A stretch of 64,000 nucleotides of DNA, taken from Corallochytrium limacisporum Hawaii. Lineage: Eukaryota; Protista; Pluriformea. The notes beneath the pieces were generated by a model. The model was given only the letters and a program-made list of their open reading frames with translations. It was not told the origin of the DNA and searched no databases. The position numbers were made by a program, and so were the translations under genes. Of the stretch, positions 1-9,853 are shown piece after piece; position 1 is the first letter of the stretch; every line of letters begins with the position of its first letter. The stretch lies in assembly GCA_002811645.1 (NCBI GenBank), contig PDIP01000030.1, positions 214,383 to 278,382 of the forward strand. Direction: 5' to 3'.

Positions 1-1
1 C

Positions 2-808
2 ATGTTGAATGTGGATGATGAAGCTCTGTCGCAGCTCAAGTCTTTTGTGGATGACAGTCGCGATGCTGTGACGTTTGGTGTGGCCACCGGCCGCAGTATG
101 GATCTTGCTGTCCCTGTTATGCGTGATCACTCCCTGCCGAAAGCCAAGTTCCTCATTACGGATGTCGGCACCAGAATTCACATTGACGAGGATGAAATCG
201 AGGGATGGAAGGAGATCATGAGCTGGAAGTGGGATCGTGAGGCCGTCTTGGACTTCATGGACTCCATTGAAGGGGTGGCACTGCAACCGCGCTCGGTACA
301 GTCTGAGTTCAAGTTAAGCTACTTCACGTCAGCGAAAGCCCCTCCCAAGCCGGAACTCCTCAGCATGATGCGCAGTCGTGGTATCCATGTCAATGTAATT
401 CTGAGTGCGTCCAAGTACATGGACATTGTACCGCTGGCGGCGTCAAAGGGGTTTGCCATTCGTCATATTGCCATGCGAGCTGGCCTGCCCTTCAATCAGA
501 TCCTAGCTGCCGGAAATTCCGGCAACGATGCGGATATGGTCCGTGGTAGCGTTCTTGGTGTGGTCGTGGGCAACCATCTACCCGAACTTGATGCTCTGCA
601 GGGTGCCAAGGATGTCTACTTTGCTGGTGAGCCTCTCGCATGGGGTGTATTGGAAGGCATCAACTACTACATGGACCACAAGAAGATTCAACATGTGGGA
701 ACTCCACGCCAGCGGCCAGCACGCAAGGCTCTTCCGGAAGATCGCAAAGCGGCCAAGCGCACAGTTGGGCGATACCGTGCATTCGATCGGAATGCACATC
801 TTTACTGA
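2..808 (+). CDS. HAD-IIB sucrose-phosphate phosphatase-like domain, probably the C-terminal part of a bacterial-type two-domain sucrose-phosphate synthase (5'-truncated by the window edge)
   Basis: Motifs FGVATGR, LITDVGT, LQP..QSEFKLSY, MDIVP..ASKG.AIR and AAGNSGND.DM.RG..LGVVVGNH. The frame is open to the window start and HAD motif I is not visible. The 3' end may extend to 925 (see findings). Confidence 0.8.
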   Translation: MLNVDDEALSQLKSFVDDSRDAVTFGVATGRSMDLAVPVMRDHSLPKAKFLITDVGTRIHIDEDEIEGWKEIMSWKWDREAVLDFMDSIEGVALQPRSVQSEFKLSYFTSAKAPPKPELLSMMRSRGIHVNVILSASKYMDIVPLAASKGFAIRHIAMRAGLPFNQILAAGNSGNDADMVRGSVLGVVVGNHLPELDALQGAKDVYFAGEPLAWGVLEGINYYMDHKKIQHVGTPRQRPARKALPEDRKAAKRTVGRYRAFDRNAHLY

Positions 809-1616
809 CAATTACAGCAACCGGTGCTGCAGACTGCCTACTCGGCTGAAGACCTGCGCAGGGCTGTCTCCCATCGCGTGATGGGGCGTGGTCTGCCGAG
901 GAGTACGGAATCAATCATCGCATAGACGAGTCAAAACCTGCAGTACCGGGACCTGACAGGGTCAGCTTGCACGGTGCACATCTTCGGTGATGTGCCTGAA
1001 TGATGCACTACGTGCTGATCGAGTGCTGGTTGTCCTTCTATTGTCATCAGCTTATGCCTTTGTGAACATACTTAAGTTGTTATCAGTTTTGTTTAAACCC
1101 TTAACCCATCTAGTTCTGCTTCCAACCTAATACTCATTGTATCACACAAAATCAGCAAAAGAAATAAATTGTATGAGGCTCGATTGGGGACTCTAGTTGT
1201 TGTGTGTCACTTTAGCACACTCACCGTCGATCCAGCAACCTTGCCGCCATTGGTTCTGCCATTGTGAAGTGAATAGGGAAAGCGGTGGGGGAAACCCCCG
1301 ACGGGAGAAAAAATTCCGATCACGGCTAAGTCTGATCTTGTGGTGTATTTGGCTTGGGTGACATACCCATACTTGGCCCACAGGTCCTCCGAAATCCAGG
1401 CCGTGTGTCAGAACACGTACTCACTGGCTGGGAGTCCGTACGGAACAATTGGTTACGAAGTGCGCAATGCATAGGTCGGTATCACGTCTTTCCTGTACGA
1501 GTGACAAACGGGACACACCGGCCTATTTGAGGCTATTCCATGTTCCGGAGCAGTCAATGTGGACTGGGCTTGAAAAGATTAGCAGCATGCTGTGAAACAA
1601 GCGATACAGTAGCAAG

Positions 1617-2795
1617 ATGGGGGCATGTGTCACAATCACTTTCACCGTTCTCTTCGGATTCTTGGCCTTGATCCTTGGAATTTTGGTACCACACCAGCTG
1701 GATCGTACAATAATGGGATATGAGCCATATAACATTGATAAATGTAAACAAGTTGCTGATGGCGCCTATGGATCGGAAGACTTACAATTTATTCCTCCGA
1801 GCGTTGACGAGTACAACGCTCCCCGAGAAGTTGCCATTCTTTCAAGCGACAATCGTATCGCCTATTTTACTCCGGGTGAACCCCCAAAGTACCACTTGGT
1901 TGGGCTGGGTAATCTCTTCTCATACGATATTCGCACGGGTGAGACCAAGAAGATCAGAATGACCGGCATTGATCTCAACAGCTATCCGTTCCATCCTCAT
2001 GGCATCTCTGTGGGTGACAAACGCCAGGGCTACGCTGGGAACTACAATCGTCTTTGGGTAGTTAACCATACGGATGAAGGAGATGAAGTACTGATCTTCC
2101 ACTACCACTTTTCCCCAGAGGATAGGAGCATCCATTTGCAGCTCATACATCGCGTCAGAGACCCGCGCTGGTTCGATTCCAACGATATCGTCGCCATCAG
2201 TGATTGCCAGGCCTACATGACCCAGTGGCGCGGTGTGGATAGACGCATAGACCCCATGGGTGGCCTAGTAGAGCAGCTGCTGAAGCAAAAAAAGACAAAA
2301 ATCTGGTTCATCGACTTCTGCGAGGAAATGACCGCACCTAAAGTTCGTACTGTCTTCGATGAAATCGGCGGTGCAAATGGAATTACCCTTTGGAATGGTA
2401 AGATCGTGGTTGCTGAGGTCTGGGCGCATCGTATCCTCGTCTTTGATCGCGATCCGAAGACAAACGGCCTGACTCTATCGTACCACGTTGATCTCGATCG
2501 CTCTTTGCCTGACAATCTAGACGTTGGTGACGATGGAAAGATCTACATTGGTTCACATCCATCTTTTGTTGATTTCTTGCTCCATGGCCTGACCAGTTTC
2601 CAGCGACCGGCACCAATGGAGGCCAAGGCAGTCACCCTCGACGGCGATAAATCCGTTGTGGAGCAGCTCCTGCTTCATAGCGGTGATTCCAATTTTGGTT
2701 GCAGTGCCACTGCAGCTTTCACCCGTGTGGATGGTCAGCGCCACGTTGTGATCGGATCCGTCACCAGCAACGGTCTTCTTGACTGCATCATCTAA
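1617..2795 (+). CDS. Paraoxonase/arylesterase-family Ca-dependent lactonase with N-terminal anchor (copy 1)
   Basis: Hydrophobic N-terminus; GSEDL, FHPHGIS, VVNH, NDIV, ANGI, PDNL and terminal Cys residues match the PON six-bladed propeller. Confidence 0.88.
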   Translation: MGACVTITFTVLFGFLALILGILVPHQLDRTIMGYEPYNIDKCKQVADGAYGSEDLQFIPPSVDEYNAPREVAILSSDNRIAYFTPGEPPKYHLVGLGNLFSYDIRTGETKKIRMTGIDLNSYPFHPHGISVGDKRQGYAGNYNRLWVVNHTDEGDEVLIFHYHFSPEDRSIHLQLIHRVRDPRWFDSNDIVAISDCQAYMTQWRGVDRRIDPMGGLVEQLLKQKKTKIWFIDFCEEMTAPKVRTVFDEIGGANGITLWNGKIVVAEVWAHRILVFDRDPKTNGLTLSYHVDLDRSLPDNLDVGDDGKIYIGSHPSFVDFLLHGLTSFQRPAPMEAKAVTLDGDKSVVEQLLLHSGDSNFGCSATAAFTRVDGQRHVVIGSVTSNGLLDCII

Positions 2796-3569
2796 ATCAC
2801 CGTTCACATGCCAGTTTTTGTGGTATGAACCGGTGGTATATGGTGGTACAGACGCACATAACGCCGCAGTGGTCACATACACCCGTCCTCGTCACTACTA
2901 CCACTTCAACCGGCGGTCTCTGACCTGCAGAGCTCAGAAGATCTCCCCCGACGCCGTGCCAACAACTTTTGAAGAAAGCACGGATGTGTGTATGCCCACC
3001 CCATTTCATTCCCCCATCCACGTCTACCATTCCAAGTACACGTTTTTAGTAGGATAAAGAATGGAAGTTTTTCTTCCCTTGTTGCACGTTTCGCTAGAAA
3101 GGGCAGCCTTTGGGAACGTGCGGACCTGGGTGGCGAAAAAGGCATGTTGAGCACAGACCCTGGGATCGAAAACACATCCGAGCGGGACAACACAGAGAGC
3201 ATAATACAAAGTTTGGTGCTGAGCTACGGTAGTGTCCGAAGTGTGAAGCGCCGCTCCGTCATCGGTATCCAATATTGGCATCTGTGTTCGGTAGCGCAGA
3301 GAAATACCACGGTCCTCATTTGCCTCATCCTCCTCGCCTGTGTGAACGTCCGTCTGCACCTGCGCACACGAACAGCAACTCGTACCGTTTCAGAAGGGGA
3401 CTCCTGCACGAGACATCCTGGGTGTTCGTGGGTTTTGAGACAGGTTCTTTCTTTGGAACGGGATACATCATTCGGGTATTTAAAGAGGCCCGGCGCTTTC
3501 TATCTATGGACTTCTGTGGCGCAAGGGGTATACAAACCTAGTTTCCTGATCTGTTTGATTACGTTAGTA

Positions 3570-4754
3570 ATGGGAGTCTTGGGCTACGCATGTATTGGCT
3601 TGCTGCTGGCAGTGGCCGGTGGGCTTGTGTCTGTGCTTATCCCACTTGGCCTGTTTATTCCAATCGCAGGTATGCCAGAGCGTGGATGGCACCACTGCAC
3701 TCGCATTGAGAATGGATACTACGGTATCGAGGACATGCAGTTCGTAAATCCGCAGTGGGATGGGCCTGCTGACAACCGAAAGCTGGGAATCCTGTCCTCA
3801 GATAATCGCAAACTCTACTGGAGAGGTTTCGACCCCAATCACGACTTGCCGTGGTACAGCCGTCTTGTGACCTATGATCTGGAGACGAAGCGTACCAAGG
3901 AGATGAAGATGATTGGCTTCAACCCGGACACGCAGGAATTCCGTCCTCATGGTCTGGGCGTGGGCCAGAAATGGCAAGGCTATTCTGGTAAGAAAAATCG
4001 CATTTACGTCGTGAACCACACGAAGAAGGGCGACTTTATTGAGGTCTTTGACTGGAAGATGAACACAAGTGGCGAGAGTGAGGCGACCTACGTCGCCAGC
4101 ATCAGTCACAAGAACATGGCCGATATGAATGATGTTGTGCCCGTCAGTGACTGTGAGTTCTACGTAACTCGATTTTTCGGTACCGATAAGGATGATGCTG
4201 TAGAGCGCCTAAGAGAGCTCTACCTAGGCAAGGAGAGTGGTTCTGTGCTCTATGTGAATTTTTGTCAGGACCCGAAGACACCAAAAGTCAAGACTGTAGC
4301 TGAGGGTCTCAACATGCCTAATGGTATCAACATGGTAAATGAGAAAACTGTGGTAGTATCTGGTTTCGGAAAGAACCACATCCGTGTCTTTGAGCGCAAC
4401 CCGAAGACCAACGACCTTGCCTTCCGTTACGACATCCCTCTTGGCGCAAGCTGGCCGGACAACATTGACGTGGGTAGCGATGGTTTCCTCTACGTTGCAT
4501 CCATTACTGGCATGGTTAATTTTTGGGGCCATACAGTGATGGGTGTTCTGAAACATGGCGGTATCGAAGCCCTGCGCGTAAATCTTGGAGAGAATTTCAA
4601 CGGAGAGAAGGCCGGCGTGGACTTACTGGTCAGCCACCCGGGCCTAGACGACTTTGGCACTACCACCGTTGTCGCGTATGGATCGTACAAGAACGAAACG
4701 CACGTCCTGTTGGGTTCTCTAATGAACGAGGGCATCGCGGATTGTGTTTTCTGA
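3570..4754 (+). CDS. Paraoxonase/arylesterase-family lactonase (copy 2, tandem paralog)
   Basis: GIEDM, FRPHGLG, VVNH, NDVV, PNGI, PDNI. Start moved to ATG 3570 (MGVLGYAC), giving 394 aa collinear with the 392 aa copy 1. Confidence 0.87.
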   Translation: MGVLGYACIGLLLAVAGGLVSVLIPLGLFIPIAGMPERGWHHCTRIENGYYGIEDMQFVNPQWDGPADNRKLGILSSDNRKLYWRGFDPNHDLPWYSRLVTYDLETKRTKEMKMIGFNPDTQEFRPHGLGVGQKWQGYSGKKNRIYVVNHTKKGDFIEVFDWKMNTSGESEATYVASISHKNMADMNDVVPVSDCEFYVTRFFGTDKDDAVERLRELYLGKESGSVLYVNFCQDPKTPKVKTVAEGLNMPNGINMVNEKTVVVSGFGKNHIRVFERNPKTNDLAFRYDIPLGASWPDNIDVGSDGFLYVASITGMVNFWGHTVMGVLKHGGIEALRVNLGENFNGEKAGVDLLVSHPGLDDFGTTTVVAYGSYKNETHVLLGSLMNEGIADCVF

Positions 4755-4838
4755 TCAAGGATAGGGTTTTCAGCTCCTTTCAATAGAAACTTCTTTGCGG
4801 ATTCTTAAGAGCTAGATCTACTACTATGGAAAATGTAT

Positions 4839-6206
4839 TCAGACTTGACCTGCGATGGTCACGCAAGTCTTTTCCCGCATGGCGGCGCCTCGACTGAGTG
4901 TTGCTTCGTCAATCTCTTGCAGTCGTCTCACCCACGAGCGGTAAAATATCTGAACGTCTGACCTGAAAACAGGCTCTAGCACGACGTCCAGATGTCCCCA
5001 GTTGTCTTTCTCGACCGTGTACCAAATGCCCGGGCTGACGCGTGCTGGGAGAGCATCGAAGAAACGGCCGGCCGTTGCGTCTTCCGTGTGAGCCTTGCCC
5101 AAATCAATGTCTTCCACATGGTGGCACTGTAGCTCGTGGTCTAGATCACCGTAGAGTTCGTGATTGTCGCAGTCATGTGGGTGCACTTGTGAACCAACGG
5201 GCACGAGGCCATCATTGGCCCACCACTGCGCGTCGTGTCGTTCCGGATCTACATGTGCCAAAGGCTTTGTCGATGACATACGAATGGTTCCGATCAACGA
5301 AGATATTACATTGAAGGGATCAAGCAGACGGCGCAGAGAAGGCAGGTGCCGACCACCAAGCCAATCGTGGGGCTGTGTGATGTAACTGGCGAAGCTGAAG
5401 TAAAAGATGTCGTTATGCAAGACCAGCGGATTCTCACGATTGTACTTGAGATTCGACCCCGTAGCCAGGTCGAAATTCGCGGTATCCCGTGAATCGAAGA
5501 ATCGCGACGTCCAGAAGAAGCTTTTCAACGTGTCCCAGCCGTTCTTCAAGTTTTCGCTTAATCCATTTTTCAAGGAGGTAAACTCCCAATGATCAAAGCG
5601 TGCGTCGACAATAGAGGTCAAAGGTTTGAAATCCACCCAAGAGATAATATGTACCAGACGACTCAGTGTCCATCCAGCGCTGAGGGGCCAGGTCATACCC
5701 GAGTCGTCCTCTACCTGACCCAGTAGATAGGTGGCATGAGAGCCTTTCAGAGGTGAATTCACAGTCGTCATGCTCATCATCCAGTTGGCCGAGGTCTCGT
5801 AGCCCGGGAAAAAGTCACCACTGGAAAGGAGGTCGTGGAGACGGCGCAAGAGATTACCACCGAAGCTGTGTCCAATAAAGTGTGCCGGGTGGTCTGCGTC
5901 CCATTCTGGGTACACACCCTCGTAGGTCCGTCCATACCGATTATGCCCGTGTTCCTTGCTATGCCCCTCTCCGTAATCTACTGTACCACCTTTGAGCATG
6001 TAGAACACCTCTACTGCACGGTCGTGTGCCGAAGAGATGGGTCCCGGGACCAGGTGAAAGGTCTTCCGGTGCGATCCGTACTTCTTGTCATGAAGGGTAA
6101 TGGCATCTTCGAGACCTCCCCAATACTGACTGCCGCCATCAAACCGCCCAAAACACATGAAACCGGGCACTGTGACCACTGGTCGGGCATGAGTTGAGTC
6201 CTGCAT
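4839..6206 (-). CDS. Lipase, alpha/beta hydrolase resembling bacterial family I.5/I.6 lipases
   Basis: PVVTVPGF, SAHDRA, GGTVDYGEGHSKEHGHNRYGRTY, nucleophile GHSFGG, NDGLVP and GHLDVV. Confidence 0.85.
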   Translation of the reverse strand: MQDSTHARPVVTVPGFMCFGRFDGGSQYWGGLEDAITLHDKKYGSHRKTFHLVPGPISSAHDRAVEVFYMLKGGTVDYGEGHSKEHGHNRYGRTYEGVYPEWDADHPAHFIGHSFGGNLLRRLHDLLSSGDFFPGYETSANWMMSMTTVNSPLKGSHATYLLGQVEDDSGMTWPLSAGWTLSRLVHIISWVDFKPLTSIVDARFDHWEFTSLKNGLSENLKNGWDTLKSFFWTSRFFDSRDTANFDLATGSNLKYNRENPLVLHNDIFYFSFASYITQPHDWLGGRHLPSLRRLLDPFNVISSLIGTIRMSSTKPLAHVDPERHDAQWWANDGLVPVGSQVHPHDCDNHELYGDLDHELQCHHVEDIDLGKAHTEDATAGRFFDALPARVSPGIWYTVEKDNWGHLDVVLEPVFRSDVQIFYRSWVRRLQEIDEATLSRGAAMREKTCVTIAGQV

Positions 6207-7244
6207 ATGTGAGCAGCGGCCCTTGCACCGTTGAACTGGTGTACCCTAAATATGTTCACTTTGCATCTAGTCCAAAATCTAATTGCTGTCTTATGAGTTC
6301 ATAGTCGGATTCCACAAATATGTCTGCATGCTTTCAAACTCTATACCACAACATGGTCCAGACCACCATCCCTGACGCGCGTCGGATTTCATGTACCTGA
6401 CCGAGCTCCGCGCTCTGCATGCAGACTGGCCCTGCTAAGCTTCATCGGAGCAGCAGAAGTATCAACACACAGGGCTTGTGGATCCGTAACTCTGTTATTC
6501 TACTCACAGCCAATTCTCTCGAATGCACGGTTTGCAGTGGACACTTAAACGCATCCCAAGCAGGTTGAATTGGGTGTCCTTTTCCCCCCAACCCCTCGAT
6601 TTTGGGGGGGGGGTCTACTATTCGTGGTGAGTTTCCCCTAGACCAAGACTGATCCGTGGAGTACTCCTGAAAAAAATCGTTCCCAATCTCCCTTTTTTTT
6701 TCTCCGTCCGGTGGCAATCACATTCTATTGTCGCCCACTTTAGGTACGAAATTGGATCGTCGGATTGGTAGGCGGGTCTGTCAAGACCTGTCGGGACATG
6801 ATGTCACGGGGAAGAGTGGGGAAGGAGGCGGAGTGGCTAATCCGGTTAGACGGCGAGACAGTGTGAGCACGGATCGGGACCCCCTTCACAACAGCCACGG
6901 GATCTGTCACGAATTATTGGGCGAGAAAGTCAGTTTACTGACCGTGACTGTGCGGCAGTGATCCTGAAATTGGGGATGATTTCCCACTATCCAAGATTGG
7001 AAAGAGTAGTTCCTTTCTTTTTTTGGGGCGCTCCCAAATTGGTGTATACCGAAACGAGACACCGCCGTGGGGGATCCAGCAAATGGTGCAATGGCAGAAC
7101 TTTGAGAGAAAATGTTACTCGCCTGGGGCTCCAGATTTTCTTAGTCAGCCGGTACATTCACTATATCCTGACTTCCCAACATGGCCAAAAGCAGTAATCT
7201 TTGGGCGGGAAGGATTTAAATCGGAGTGAAGGGAGGGCGCCACC

Positions 7245-8452
7245 TCAGACCTCTCCGAGAGGTGGCTGTTTGACTCGGGTCTCCGAAAACTTGTCCAAGG
7301 CATACTGAAAGTCGTCCCAATTGACGGGTCGAATATAAATGCTACGGCCAGTATCATTGTCATCTTCCATGTTCAGTCCATGACCACGATATTCCCTGCC
7401 AGGGCTCTCCATATTGTACACATCTTCCGTGATGTCGTTCAGGCGCCGAAGAAAAGCCATTCGGAATACAATGTTCACATCTGCCCCTGATAAACAGCGC
7501 TTTTGCATTGATTTCGCCATTTGACGCAAGGTGTGTTCATCATTGAACAGGTGCCGAACATCCGTCAGACTCGCCTGCTTTTCGAGGATACCCATGATGG
7601 CTTGAACAGTAGGAAGACCAACATAGATTTGCTGCTCAAATCGTCTGAGTAAGGCTTGATCGAGGTCAGAAGCGCAATTGGTCGCTGCAATGAGAAATAC
7701 ATGCTCCATGCTATCCAAGGAGTCCATGCAAAGAAGAAGCTCTGTTTTGAGCCTACGATCATGGGCTTGTTCATCAGTAGACCGTCGTGTACCGATACTG
7801 TCAATCTCATCAATGAAAATAATTCCCTCGTTCCCTTCTTGTGCTGCTTGATGGAAGATACCTCTCAGTCTCTGCTCACTCTGGCCATGATATGGTCCAA
7901 GCAAAGTTGACGCGCTGACAAAGTACAATGCCACATTGGCTTCGACTGCGATAGCTCGCGCCAAAGCGGTCTTTCCGCAACCTGGGGGCCCATACAGAAG
8001 AATGCGCCTCCATGTCTTAATACCGCGAAATGCTTGGGGAACTAGTCGGGGTAGAATCAGAGCTTGCTTGAGGGTCCGCTTCGCCTCGTCAAGGCCAACT
8101 AGATGTGACAGCTTATTTGATCCCCAAGGTGCTGATGAATATATGAAGGAAGACTCTTTTGTAGGAGAAGCGTCAATTGTCTCTGTGGTCGATCCTAGAT
8201 ATCCTTCATTCTCAAGATCCCTGAGTAGGTCACTTATCTGGTCGCAAAGTGAATTCAATACATGCTATTACTCACAGTGTGTTAGAGATCATGTATTACA
8301 AAGAAGTCAATCTTATTATATGTCTCCAATCCGCTGTTCTTGCTTACCTGGTTGTTGCTATCTTGTGGCACAATGTGATCCTGAAGGTACGACAGTACAG
8401 TCTTGTATTTGTCGACAAGGAACGGCGATACACGCATGCTAAACATCGTCAT
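7245..8452 (-). CDS. Divergent VPS4/katanin-family AAA+ ATPase; two exons (8452-8348, 8264-7245)
   Basis: Walker A GPPGCGKT, Walker B IIFIDEID and SRH AATN..LDQALLRRFE. The ORF track starts at TTG; the proposed intron joins an ATG-initiated 35-codon exon in frame. Confidence 0.82.
8265..8347 (-). other. Spliceosomal intron (83 nt, phase 0) in the AAA ATPase gene
   Basis: CAG|GTAAGC donor, TCTCTAAC branch point and TAATAG| acceptor; removal gives NNQ|HVLNSLCDQ in frame. Confidence 0.75.
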
Positions 8453-8548
8453 CGAGTCTGCATATATAACAACGAAATCTTCACCGTTGACAACAACACC
8501 CAGCTACCAACACTTTGCGTCCTTGGCTTTTAAGTACGGCTCAATGGG

Positions 8549-8587
8549 GAGCGTGATGCAATTGGAGAGCGTGATGCAATGCATCAC
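8549..8587. promoter_or_regulatory. Tandem GAGCGTGATGCAAT repeat overlapping the palindrome GTGATGCA-A-TGCATCAC
   Basis: 14-bp direct repeat at 8549 and 8567 and a perfect 8+1+8 palindrome at 8571-8587, about 100 bp upstream of the ATPase start. The repeat is directly visible; the regulatory role is inferred. Confidence 0.4.
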
Positions 8588-9853
8588 TATCCTTTTCTGA
8601 ACCGATGAGAACCCTGGTGAGACCCGCAGCCCCAACGAGCGAGGTCCTAGGTCCCGGCGGAATCAATGAGGGTTTCAGTTATTTAATTACTGAAATACGG
8701 AGTGGCAGTCTCGCAAACTGAATCATTCCAGGGAACTTCACCGCAGGCAAGGCTTTTCTCCCGCACCTGCACGGCGCATGTTTGAAATATTACTCCCTTA
8801 GCGGTCTATCCCGTTCAATCCAATACAAAATATATAGGTAAACAATCCTCATGACTCTTAAGACCTATTCGGGTGTACAACTCCGATCCCAAATCAGCGA
8901 AACCAATCCAAATTGGCGGATGCTGCTCGCATTCCAGTACTAAAAGTACTGTAACAGCCCCGAAAAAGGGCGGGAAATCAAACCGTCCTAAGGTCTCTAC
9001 GAGGCCTCCGAATTTGATTTGTGTTGGGGGCCCCCGCGGCTCGGACCGACGTCCCCCCGGGCGCAGCACCCGCCCGGTTGGTTGAGGGGGGACCAGGTCC
9101 CCCACACCTCCCCTGAAGCACGGGAGACCCAGATTCCATAGTAAACCCTTCTTGGAATCCTGCCACAGGTGCGTACATTTCCAGCTCGAAAGTGACCATA
9201 ACAAAATGACCGGACCTGTACCAGACAACTATACCCACGGAATCTTACGACGCAGCCGTTTCGACAAAATCACTAGTTTCAGTGGTATTGAAATTCAGTA
9301 CCGAACAATCGTTAAATCGTCGTAGGTTTGCATATCCCCCCCCCCCTTGTGGGCACTTCCCGAACTCTCTTCTCCGGCAGTCACGCCGCCTAAGGAAGTA
9401 CAGCGGCCTCAACGGAAACGCAAGCACTCTCCGAGGCCGTTGGAGAAATTTTCACCTCGACTGGTCGTCCGTGAATCAAGAGGCCTTCCACGAACTCGGT
9501 TCGGTAGCTGCCGAACAGGGCGTTGCTTTCGGACTCCAGGTATGGCTTTGCAGAATCCTTGCGGAGGGATTACCCGTTCATATCGGAAATCACAATCACG
9601 TCCACTGCCCGCGTCCGAGAGAAATGGCGCACTTTTGCAGTTTGCAGACGCTGTTAGCAAAGAAACTGTCCATGACCGCGTTGGCAAGTTCATGACATTG
9701 TTCACGCCGTACTCAAGATCTTAAGGCCAAGTTCTGTGCTTGGAAATAAACAGACTTGGGTACTTGAATTTACTACCACATGGTGTGCGTAGAAAACGAA
9801 CTGCTCTGTAAGTATCGGATCAAATATTCTTTTTGAAAATTTCAATTGGCAAT

